IMG/VR virus record: IMGVR_UViG_3300030333_002216
Location: 4,352 to 68,351 of that record
Source of the DNA: a virus
Lineage: Duplodnaviria > Caudoviricetes
Direction: 5' to 3' (one strand)
DNA length: 64,000 nucleotides
Shown: in pieces, positions 48,919-57,225 of the stretch
Layout: every line of letters begins with the position of its first letter
Numbering within the stretch: the first letter of the stretch is position 1
The notes under the pieces: generated by a model
The model's input: only the letters and a program-made list of their open reading frames with translations
Told to the model about the DNA's origin: nothing
Database searches by the model: none
Position numbers and translations under genes: made by a program

Positions 48919-49545
48919 CTACTGTTGTAAATCTTGTTGCCATTGTGGTTGGGGGTCAGGATGCATTTCATCGAGTCTTCTATCCACCCCAGCATAACCA
49001 CCTTGTCTACCCCATGCACCTTCTAGCATAGCATGTCTACCTGCTTGCATTTCATTGCGGTGGTATTCATCTATCTCGGAGCCATCTGGAAATGAATCTG
49101 GGTTTGATGCCATCCATTCTTGGAACATCTCATCACTAGTCCCGTATCTGGCCTTCTCTCTCAAATCCTGAGCATCCATCAGTGCTTGGTTATGCTCTCT
49201 CTTTTTTCTCTCTTCGACTCTAGATGGCATCATCCTATCTGCGAAATCAGAGAGCCTACCCTTCTCGACCTCACTGAACCAATCCTCTTTATTGATTCTA
49301 AAACCAGTCTTCTGCTCCTCATCATCATCCTCTTCAGGGTCTACTGAAAACTCAGGCTCATCAGTGGGATTCACTGTTGGTGGCTCCGGTGGTGGAGCAG
49401 GTGGCATTCCCATTGGTGGTGGTGGCATTCCCATACCATCCATCGGTGGGGGCGGGGGCATAGGGCCACCCATAGGCGGAGCGGGTGGTGGCGGCGGTGG
49501 AGGCATCTCTTCAGGTGGTTGTTTCAATACATCTTCCCAACTCAT
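48919..49545 (-). CDS. W-tag protein (MSWEDVLK) with poly-proline tract
   Basis: PPPPPPPAPPMGGPMPPPPPMDGMGMPPPP; internal DWFSEVEK. Confidence 0.75.
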   Translation of the reverse strand: MSWEDVLKQPPEEMPPPPPPPAPPMGGPMPPPPPMDGMGMPPPPMGMPPAPPPEPPTVNPTDEPEFSVDPEEDDDEEQKTGFRINKEDWFSEVEKGRLSDFADRMMPSRVEERKKREHNQALMDAQDLREKARYGTSDEMFQEWMASNPDSFPDGSEIDEYHRNEMQAGRHAMLEGAWGRQGGYAGVDRRLDEMHPDPQPQWQQDLQQ

Positions 49546-49626
49546 CTAGTTCAACTCCTCAAAGCAATATGGACAACAGACTGTAATCGCAGTGTTAATT
49601 CCCAATTTCAAACAATCGCACTTCAT
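49546..49626 (-). CDS. Cys-rich micro-ORF, 26 aa (MKCDCLKLGINTAITVCCPYCFEELN)
   Basis: ATGA overlap with the upstream stop; TAG abuts the next ATG; fills the gap exactly. Confidence 0.55.
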   Translation of the reverse strand: MKCDCLKLGINTAITVCCPYCFEELN

Positions 49627-50789
49627 GCATTCACCTTCATTATGTTTCTCCAATCCCTGACTTCTACATCTGCACTTGTCTTCACTTCATCATCTCCCTC
49701 TTTCTTTTCTTGAGCCTCTGCTTGTTGGGCTTCTTCCTCTTCTCGCTTCTTCCTCTTCATGTAGACCGAATCCTCATGTGGTTTCCAACCTGCTAGTTTA
49801 GCCATATGAGCCATCTGCCTCCTTGACATTGTAATGTATATCTTCTCGATGTCATTGGGTATTCCACCTAAGTCCTTCTCTATTCGCTTAATCAGATTGA
49901 CTTCCCTCTGATTGCGAATCATGATTGGAACGTTCTTGATTTGACTTGCGGCTCTGGTGGTAGCGAAGTTACCGCTAGGTGTAGTGTATTCCTCATGGTC
50001 TACCATCAACTTGAACATCCTTGCAATCTCAGCAATCTCCAATGCCAGTTTAGCAGAACCCTGCCCATGAATGGGAATAGGGGTATCAGCATCTAGTTCA
50101 AAGTCAAGGCTCTCCAAGTCCTTAATCGCATTCTTGATTATCTGATGTAGGCTCAGAGAATTCCGACCAACGATGTTTCCCTCTCCATACATCGCTTGCC
50201 ACATAGGGGGCTTTGCCTCTCCCTTGCTATAGGAATACCACGAACTGTCAACTGGTTTCAAATCGGCATCCTTCCAAGAATTCCGATAACGACAATACTT
50301 CTCCGTCATGTAATGACCATAGACTTCCTGATAATCACCAATAGTCCCATCCTCGTCATCCCAATTCCTCGGCTCAGTGAATAGGATGTTAGCCGCATTG
50401 CCATTACCTGCTTCGGTGTTGACGCTCCACTCATCCATCTGCTTATCGAGTGCTTTCAATTTGTCAAGGTGGCTCTCCTCATAGTCCTGTGTCCTGAACA
50501 ATTCACCAATGTCATCCATCGCATCCATCGCCTCCCTAGACCAAGGTTCAGCATTAGGGCCACTGTTCTGTGCTTGCCGTCCCTTGAAGCCCTGATTCCG
50601 AACCATGTCATACAGGCTCTCACTCAGTTTGTAGTTACCAATAGTCGCACCCTTCAATCCCTTCGTGGCTCTCTTCCACTCAACCCAATCCTTGGTGAAC
50701 AGTTTGTAGTTACGCCGACTGTGCAACTTATACTTCCCCAGAGCCAATGTGACTCTATCCTTCTTGAGTTTCTTCTTAGCCATTAACAA
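49623..50789 (-). CDS. Hypothetical protein with C-terminal tag-like DWRNIMK
   Basis: 388 aa; start probably MAKKK at 50783. Confidence 0.75.
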   Translation of the reverse strand: MLMAKKKLKKDRVTLALGKYKLHSRRNYKLFTKDWVEWKRATKGLKGATIGNYKLSESLYDMVRNQGFKGRQAQNSGPNAEPWSREAMDAMDDIGELFRTQDYEESHLDKLKALDKQMDEWSVNTEAGNGNAANILFTEPRNWDDEDGTIGDYQEVYGHYMTEKYCRYRNSWKDADLKPVDSSWYSYSKGEAKPPMWQAMYGEGNIVGRNSLSLHQIIKNAIKDLESLDFELDADTPIPIHGQGSAKLALEIAEIARMFKLMVDHEEYTTPSGNFATTRAASQIKNVPIMIRNQREVNLIKRIEKDLGGIPNDIEKIYITMSRRQMAHMAKLAGWKPHEDSVYMKRKKREEEEAQQAEAQEKKEGDDEVKTSADVEVRDWRNIMKVNA

Positions 50790-51766
50790 TCACACCCATC
50801 GGAACACCCGCACTTCTTACACTTCGTCTTTCCATTGTCCCATAGAGTCCCTTCATCGAAGGGCTTCTTCTTGGGCTTGATTATGTGAATACCAAAACTA
50901 GTATTGAACAAATCACCCGTAGCACCACCAGAACTCATCACTGCCCCACTGCTTCTTAGAACCGTGAACCACCCATCTCCCTTGTCGCTCCTCTCAAGTT
51001 TGTCTTGCCAAGACTCGTCATGCAAATTCACATGCTCTGTCACATCCTCCTGTGGCTCTATCTCCTCCTCAGCCATCATCTCATCTACTCCACCCATTGA
51101 GAACAACTGCTCGGCATCCATAGCAGATAAGGTAGACAGGAACGCATGTGCGATATACGCCTTGCCGATGGGACTCTCCAACAGTTTCTTGTAAGTCGCT
51201 CTGAATGCGTTCTTCTCCTCTGGCTCTAGATTCTCTATCAACTCTTCTGGAATGTTTTCGGCGGCATTGTGAGCAACTGCATCAAACAAGTCCATCTCCT
51301 CCAATTGGCCCATAAGACCCGAATCGATGTTCTTGTTCTTAGGGTCATACTTGTTCAAGTCCAGATGGAAGTCCTCCTCCTCTTCTATCTCCTCCATATA
51401 TTCGTGAACCTGTTGCATTGCCAAACTAAGAGGCTCCTTGAGAATAGCATTGGTGGCAACCTCCTGTTCATCTATCGACATGCCTTGATGCTCTGTTGGG
51501 TCAAACTCGTCAGACTCCACATCTTCAGGAGCATGTGGGTTATCCGAATATGGCTTGGTCATCCTCTGACTCTTCGCCTTGATTTCCGACAACGCCGTGA
51601 TGTTCTCATGTGCGAAGTCAACGGCAGAATCCATCAAACCCTTATCGCCAATCTTGGAGAAGATATCGCTATACTTCGTCCCTTCGACAATCTGCAAGAT
51701 ATCTAAATTCCTAATAACATTAGGCATCTTGTCTTTAGAATCCTCTACCATCTCACCGACCTCCAA
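50783..51766 (-). CDS. Acidic protein with internal W-tags and C-terminal Cys cluster
   Basis: 327 aa; SWQDKLERS, GWFTVLRSS, CKKCGCSDGCDC. Confidence 0.75.
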   Translation of the reverse strand: MEVGEMVEDSKDKMPNVIRNLDILQIVEGTKYSDIFSKIGDKGLMDSAVDFAHENITALSEIKAKSQRMTKPYSDNPHAPEDVESDEFDPTEHQGMSIDEQEVATNAILKEPLSLAMQQVHEYMEEIEEEEDFHLDLNKYDPKNKNIDSGLMGQLEEMDLFDAVAHNAAENIPEELIENLEPEEKNAFRATYKKLLESPIGKAYIAHAFLSTLSAMDAEQLFSMGGVDEMMAEEEIEPQEDVTEHVNLHDESWQDKLERSDKGDGWFTVLRSSGAVMSSGGATGDLFNTSFGIHIIKPKKKPFDEGTLWDNGKTKCKKCGCSDGCDC

Positions 51767-51793
51767 TTACAGACAACACTTTATTCTTCTGAA

Positions 51794-52531
51794 TCATATC
51801 ATTGACCTCACCTTGTTGTTTATCTGTTGCCATGCTTCCTTCAACAATTTAACTAATTCAGCATCTACGTCACTAACATAGGCCTCGTCCACATCCGGAT
51901 ATCCTTGGAGATAATACGGGTCTAATTCAAACAAGTAACTCATCTCATACCAAGACTCGCCTATGTCGGTGGCAATCACTGTAAAACCAAACCGATTCAT
52001 CTGAGGGACATACCTAGTAAAACCAAGTAAGTCCCACCCCTCCAAGTCATTAACGACTTGTTCCCATGTTGCTTCTGTCTTACCAGATACAATGTTGAGT
52101 AGTTCTAGGAATTTACATGCGACTGGTTCTGGAACTTCCTCCATGAGTCTTTCTGTTTCACTGCCTTCAAACTGCGCACTACCAATTCTTTCATCTACAA
52201 TGTGACGATTAGTCAGGTTGATGTCAAAAACCCCTCCCCTGCCTTTGTGTTTTATCTTCTTCGGAATAGGCTTGCCCCCTGTCCCAGAATCCCATATTGT
52301 GATGTAACTATCTTCTATGGTAATTTTATCAGCCGGAAAGTCCCAAACCAACTTAGCCACATCCAGTGTTTCTGATGCAATGTCCTCCTTACCATTTCCC
52401 CATGTATCCAAGACACGCTTCATTTTCTCACGACAACCAGTCTTCTCCTCCTCTATCTTCTTGGGCTTCTTTATCCTAACCTTCTGCTTAGGGATGTTGA
52501 TTTGCAACTTTAGAACATCGAACCAATTCAT
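51794..52531 (-). CDS. Paralogue family member 1 (MNWFDVLK)
   Basis: Shared leader INIPKQKVRIKKPKKIE..C and later ACKFLE. Confidence 0.8.
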   Translation of the reverse strand: MNWFDVLKLQINIPKQKVRIKKPKKIEEEKTGCREKMKRVLDTWGNGKEDIASETLDVAKLVWDFPADKITIEDSYITIWDSGTGGKPIPKKIKHKGRGGVFDINLTNRHIVDERIGSAQFEGSETERLMEEVPEPVACKFLELLNIVSGKTEATWEQVVNDLEGWDLLGFTRYVPQMNRFGFTVIATDIGESWYEMSYLFELDPYYLQGYPDVDEAYVSDVDAELVKLLKEAWQQINNKVRSMI

Positions 52532-53097
52532 GCTGATTTCATCAACTCCAATAACTTCCGGGTATACTCATCCCTCATAGCGAAACTTTCTTTCTCAGGC
52601 CTACGTTTCCATGAGTCAGGTTCTACGTTTGGTTCGGGGATAGTGTGGAATCTAATGGTAAAGACTATTCCTTCTAAATCAGCCATAGCCACATGCCGAG
52701 GTTGTGGGGAAAACATAAATGACGGTAGATTTCGCATTACGAATGACATATCAGCACTACTATACGTCTTATCTGCCCAGACTTTAACAACATCATTTAC
52801 TGAATCACCTATTTTCTTTACTTCTATGGCTCTTATTTCTTCTAGAACTTTACAGGCATCCTCTTCTTCTAAGCCATCGACAGTTTCCTTCATATTGGCT
52901 ATCTCTGTATAGACGTTTGCCGATTCTACCAAAGCCACTTTCTCTGCCTCGTCACAAAAGACATCCAATCGGTTTAGAAATGCCTTGATTCTTTCCTTAC
53001 AATCCTCCCTAGTCTCTATCTTCTTAGGCTTCTTCATGCTAACTATGCTCTTAGGCACAGAGATAAGCGGCTCCTTCAGAATGTCAAACCAACTCAT
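52528..53097 (-). CDS. Paralogue family member 2 (MSWFDILK)
   Basis: EPLISVPK..KKPKKIE..CKERIKAFL, ACKVLEEIR. Confidence 0.8.
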   Translation of the reverse strand: MSWFDILKEPLISVPKSIVSMKKPKKIETREDCKERIKAFLNRLDVFCDEAEKVALVESANVYTEIANMKETVDGLEEEDACKVLEEIRAIEVKKIGDSVNDVVKVWADKTYSSADMSFVMRNLPSFMFSPQPRHVAMADLEGIVFTIRFHTIPEPNVEPDSWKRRPEKESFAMRDEYTRKLLELMKSA

Positions 53098-53645
53098 ACT
53101 GATTTCATCAACTCCGATATTTTCTGTGCATACTCAGTCCTCTGTTCCATTGTATCAAATATCAATGTGATGTCAAACGAAGTGCTGACCCAGTTCCCTT
53201 GTTCAGGCCATGTATGACTGTTGTAGTCCCAATGCTCAACCTTCATCAGTAAAGCCAGACGGGGCTGAGACTGGTATTCATCCAACCCCAGCATAACAAT
53301 ATTTCCTTCAGGACTCTCCCATCTCTCCTCCCTAGATTGGATTGCTTTTCTTATCTCTTCTAGAAGTTTACAGGCCGCTTCTTCCTCTATAGTATCAATA
53401 GCACCCTCCATGTCATCTATCTCCCACTCTACCCAGTAAATTTTGGCATAGCCCTCCGAATAGATAGGTTGCTGAAATTCATCCTTATTCGATGTCTCTT
53501 TACAAAAGTCTCTCAATCGACCTAGAAAGGCCTTGATTCTTTCCTTACATTCTTTCTTAGTCTCTATCTTCTTAGGCTTCTTGATTCTAACACTGCCTTT
53601 GGGAATAGATATCAACGGCTCCTTGATAATGTCAAACCAACTCAA
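53094..53645 (-). CDS. Paralogue family member 3 (MSWFDIIK)
   Basis: EPLISIPK..IKKPKKIE..CKERIKAFL, ACKLLEEIR; TTG start. Confidence 0.8.
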   Translation of the reverse strand: MSWFDIIKEPLISIPKGSVRIKKPKKIETKKECKERIKAFLGRLRDFCKETSNKDEFQQPIYSEGYAKIYWVEWEIDDMEGAIDTIEEEAACKLLEEIRKAIQSREERWESPEGNIVMLGLDEYQSQPRLALLMKVEHWDYNSHTWPEQGNWVSTSFDITLIFDTMEQRTEYAQKISELMKSV

Positions 53646-54334
53646 CCTACCGCCTCCTTGAACATCCTTTCACATTCCTTGAAGGCTCTATCGATTTCAT
53701 CACTCCAACCATCCCATGCAGTGTCAGAAGGGTGCATGTCTTCAGTCAAGTAAAACTTCAGAGAAATACCAATCGTCAGTTTTGACAGTATTGAGGAATA
53801 GTCAGCACTTGGTTTCTTGATGTAGACCTCCCTATTCCATAGATGGACTACAGGGTTTTTCCCACGACCTCGGAGTCCTGTTTTTATGACATGCGAGCCA
53901 ATCTGCAAACCATCGATTGTTTCCATCCAACGCTCTTCTCCATTAGAAACCGCCTTCAGATGCTCCAACGCCTTACAACATACCTTTTCTGACAACTCAT
54001 TGAAATGCTCATCGGAACGCGCCCCAGCAACATAGCCTATCGCACCAATACTTTTTCCTTCCAAGGCCCATATATCTTCATCCTTTTCTGGAAGCCATGT
54101 TGCTACCTTGTGAATACTCGGTTTTTCCGTTGCTGACATCTCTGATACCCAATCTGCACCGTTAATTTTGAATTTCATGTCAAATAATGGAGTATTATAC
54201 ATTCTCTGGGCGATTTCCACTAATTTCCTCTTACAATCGTCCTCTTGCTCTATTTTTTTCGGCTTTTTAATGCGAATCTTCTGTTTTGGGATGGAAATTA
54301 GCGGTTTCTTGAGAATTTCCGTCCAATCTGCCAT
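53642..54334 (-). CDS. Paralogue family member 4 (MADWTEILKK)
   Basis: PLISIPKQKIRIKKPKKIE..CKRKL, CCKALE. Confidence 0.8.
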   Translation of the reverse strand: MADWTEILKKPLISIPKQKIRIKKPKKIEQEDDCKRKLVEIAQRMYNTPLFDMKFKINGADWVSEMSATEKPSIHKVATWLPEKDEDIWALEGKSIGAIGYVAGARSDEHFNELSEKVCCKALEHLKAVSNGEERWMETIDGLQIGSHVIKTGLRGRGKNPVVHLWNREVYIKKPSADYSSILSKLTIGISLKFYLTEDMHPSDTAWDGWSDEIDRAFKECERMFKEAVG

Positions 54335-54342
54335 ATTCCCAC

Positions 54343-54543
54343 CTATTTTTCGGAATATTGGCTACATCCGCCCTTCGCATTGACGGTAATACTGTCCAAA
54401 GTGCAATTTCCGCCCACATTATGCTCACAATCCCTAGCAACACATAGCGAAACCTTGCATTTCCCCAACTTTGGCTTATCGGACTCATAGTCAAGCCACT
54501 CTTTGCCCTGTTTCTCAGTTTTCAACTTCTTCTGCCAATCCAT
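54343..54543 (-). CDS. Small W-tag protein with DUF1540-like Cys domain; first gene of the late operon
   Basis: MDWQKKLK; CVARDCEHNVGGNCTLDSITV...CSQY. Confidence 0.7.
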   Translation of the reverse strand: MDWQKKLKTEKQGKEWLDYESDKPKLGKCKVSLCVARDCEHNVGGNCTLDSITVNAKGGCSQYSEK

Positions 54544-54544
54544 C

Positions 54545-54820
54545 TAGAATACAACTCCTTGGTTAAACATATTTTACCACTCTTTTTCAGAAAATGTCAC
54601 GGAATTTTTTTAGCACTTGCGATTTTTTTTTTCGTTAATTTGTTCTATTCCCAGAATAAGAATGTAATAACATTTTATTCCATTTGTTTTAATCCGTGTT
54701 TAATCCTCCGTCTAATTATCATAGCGGATAACTATAAATCACATTATATTATTGTATGATAAGCCTTTTTTTCACAGTTTGAATGCAGTCTACATTCATC
54801 AAGGAAAAAAATTTCACATT
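54545..54820 (-). promoter_or_regulatory. AT-rich intergenic region; probable late-operon promoter and terminator of upstream genes
   Basis: Very AT-rich, several poly-T/A runs, lies upstream of the 54-kb operon; exact TATA box not resolved. Confidence 0.45.
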
Positions 54821-54866
54821 GCAAAGCCATATGGTTGTGAACTTTGTGGAAACCCCGTTGAGGTCG

Positions 54867-55067
54867 TCACTCCTCCTCGTCAACGAGTGGGTTCAACCAC
54901 TCCTTGATGAGTCTCTCGTCCCACTTCTTGGTTCGACTGTTTAGGAAGCGTTGCTTCCATAGGTCATACCTTCGCCAGTGGGCCTTTTGCATTCCGCTTC
55001 TGTCGATAGCGTCACCGTTAACCCCGGTGATGGTTGTCGCGTGTCTCTTGTTCCAACTCGTTCCCAT
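54867..55067 (-). CDS. Small hypothetical protein
   Basis: 66 aa; GAGG RBS; directly follows 55069-55251. Confidence 0.6.
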   Translation of the reverse strand: MGTSWNKRHATTITGVNGDAIDRSGMQKAHWRRYDLWKQRFLNSRTKKWDERLIKEWLNPLVDEEE

Positions 55068-55068
55068 T

Positions 55069-55251
55069 TTATATTCCTCTCATGTTCATCGCTTCACTCA
55101 ATGCGCTTCTAAATCGAGCCTCATTGAAATTGGCATTAGTCTCCGATAGCCTCTGTATCATCCAATCTGTTTGCACCCTTGTCAAGTCCATTTCTGCCAT
55201 AAGGCCAACGAACCAGTTGAAATGCCTCCTCTGAAATTCCACGTTCTTCAT
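55069..55251 (-). CDS. Small hypothetical protein (probably leaderless)
   Basis: 60 aa; ATG lies 23-28 nt downstream of the TCATAG box. Confidence 0.6.
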   Translation of the reverse strand: MKNVEFQRRHFNWFVGLMAEMDLTRVQTDWMIQRLSETNANFNEARFRSALSEAMNMRGI

Positions 55252-55511
55252 GATATATGCCAGACAGTCTCACCTATGAGGTGCGTGATTCAAAGTATCC
55301 TTACCATATGGTTGCACTTTGGGCTACCCTATAGTGTGACTATTCGCAGAAGGTAGGTAGTGGTGGAGTTAATGTGCGTTATCACATCATTGACCCTTAA
55401 CGGTAACGATTCTTGTCACTAATTTACTGGACTCCTCAAGTTCATTCTAGAAAATCTCTCCTGAGTCCTCACACTTCTGTCGAATAGTATGTGTCCCGAA
55501 AGGTCACTTAC

Positions 55512-56036
55512 TCAATTGTCCTCCTTGGGAGGAATCTGGCATACAAGTCCCTTGTCGGAACCGTCCCAGATATAATCGGCTTTGTCGTCACTCTTTAGGT
55601 GAGCATTGAATGCCGCATTCATACGAAGTCTCGCCGCGTCAACCATAGTCTGTGCGAAATCCGCACCATCGGTGAATAGACCGCCGCCACTTCTCTTGTT
55701 GCGCACTAGATACCTTGACATCTGCTCACAACTATCGAAGCAAGACTCTAGAGCCTTCTTGATAGCATCGAGTTCTCCGTCACGGAATGACTGAGTTTCG
55801 TCAGGCATTGCGCTCTTCTTTCCGGTAGTGAAAGGCTTGTCGGGTATGTCCGAGAAGCATGTTCGGATTGCACTGTATAGTGCAGTCCTCTTGCTAGGCT
55901 TTGCATCGCCAGCCTTCACCAGATTGGGAACTGATAGCAACTCAAGGTGCGTATCCTCCCAATCTTCGTGGTTAGTAAACCACAGTTCAACTTTCGTCTT
56001 TATTGCATTCCATTTGTCATCTGTCATTTCTGCCAT
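55512..56036 (-). CDS. Hypothetical protein, paralogue of 58062-58526
   Basis: 174 aa; AGGAG RBS; shared MAEM..WN, SAI.T, RS....F.DG, WDGS..LV. Confidence 0.8.
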   Translation of the reverse strand: MAEMTDDKWNAIKTKVELWFTNHEDWEDTHLELLSVPNLVKAGDAKPSKRTALYSAIRTCFSDIPDKPFTTGKKSAMPDETQSFRDGELDAIKKALESCFDSCEQMSRYLVRNKRSGGGLFTDGADFAQTMVDAARLRMNAAFNAHLKSDDKADYIWDGSDKGLVCQIPPKEDN

Positions 56037-56169
56037 ATGTCTCTCTCCTGTTAGAGTGTGTCTTTCGGGACAACTATTACTGACAAACCACCCTTATGAG
56101 GGTATGTTGACAAAGTATCCTACCATATGGTAAGCACAACTTTGTAGTGACACCTCATAAGTCATGTTG

Positions 56170-56580
56170 ACTACCATACTATTGTCCCCCTTGGCCGGGG
56201 GGACACGGTAGTGGCTGAATGTGACCTTCGCAAGGGGTCAAAGGCACTCAACCTCCCTGTAGTGGGGCAATCGCACCTAGAGATAGGAGCCGTTGAAAGT
56301 CGGGATAACTCCTGATAGGTTATGAGGTATCGGCGGGTTAAGATTTGCAATTACAAAACTGTGAACCTTGCGCCCATGCGGATTAGTGGCTCTGGGAAAC
56401 CAATCCACTCTACCACCTTCAATTCCATTGGAACTGATAGGAGTGCCAAGAAACTAGCAAGACGAATGCTCTGTAGACTGAGAAGTGCGCAATCAGACTA
56501 GGGTGAAGCCGGAATACATCCCTAGCAATGAGCCGGAACTAAGACTTAGCAACTTGCCATGATGCTTTCCTCTCCTCCTT
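56170..56580 (+). ncRNA. Candidate structured non-coding RNA of unknown class
   Basis: ORF-free for about 410 nt; GNRA-capped hairpins, long-range GGCACTC/GAGTGCC helix, plus-strand CACCTCATAAG promoter box just upstream. Confidence 0.55.
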
Positions 56581-56671
56581 GACGGTTCCAATCCAATTGA
56601 ATAAGGTGTCCACAAAGTTTACCACCATATGGTATGGCACTTTGTCGCCCATACCTTGAGAAGTGGAAGGA

Positions 56672-57037
56672 TTACTCCTCCTCACAACTCTTTTCGTATT
56701 TGTCTCGTTTCTCGTAGTCTCTAAGTTCAGTATCCCACAACTGTTTCTTCATTTTGTTCTTCCAAATCGTATGGGACTCTGTGGAGACATTACATGACCA
56801 ATCTGCTTCCTGTAGCCTACCACAGAATTCAACTGTGAACCAACTAGGTAGGAAGTTGAATATCCCCGTTACTTGGTTAGTCAGCCACATCCTCTTGTGG
56901 AACTCTTCTGGGTCATCTATTCTACCCACACAAGCCGCCATCGCTAGGACACCTATGCCGAAACTGTTGATGAAACTAATCTCCTCACTAGAGAACCCCT
57001 TGTCAGGCCCATTTACTATTCCAACTATCAGTGGCAT
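56672..57037 (-). CDS. Hypothetical protein
   Basis: 121 aa; TAATG coupling. Confidence 0.7.
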   Translation of the reverse strand: MPLIVGIVNGPDKGFSSEEISFINSFGIGVLAMAACVGRIDDPEEFHKRMWLTNQVTGIFNFLPSWFTVEFCGRLQEADWSCNVSTESHTIWKNKMKKQLWDTELRDYEKRDKYEKSCEEE

Positions 57038-57225
57038 TAGAGATTCATCTCCCTGAATGCTCGTAGAGCCGCTTTCAACTCAGCAAGTGATTCAGCCAAG
57101 TCATCGCCACGAACCTTTAGGCTCTTGATGACGATAACATGGTCTGAACCACTCTTAGAGTGTCCAACTTCCAGTTCATACTTGTATGGCTTCACTTCTT
57201 CCCTTGCTTCTTGTATCATATTCAC
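57037..57225 (-). CDS. Small hypothetical protein
   Basis: 62 aa; coupled. Confidence 0.65.
   Translation of the reverse strand: MNMIQEAREEVKPYKYELEVGHSKSGSDHVIVIKSLKVRGDDLAESLAELKAALRAFREMNL

Noticed and set aside
51794-54334. Diversity-generating retroelement as the source of paralogue variation
   Set aside because: No reverse transcriptase in the window and no adenine-specific TR/VR pair seen
54267-54759. ORFs 54267-54494 (-) and 54559-54759 (+)
   Set aside because: The first overlaps two better-supported tagged genes out of frame; the second lies in an AT-rich regulatory tract
56285-56315. GAAAGTC as an RNase P RNA or group I intron signature
   Set aside because: The complementary P4 partner and the conserved group I core elements were not found; kept as an unclassified RNA candidate
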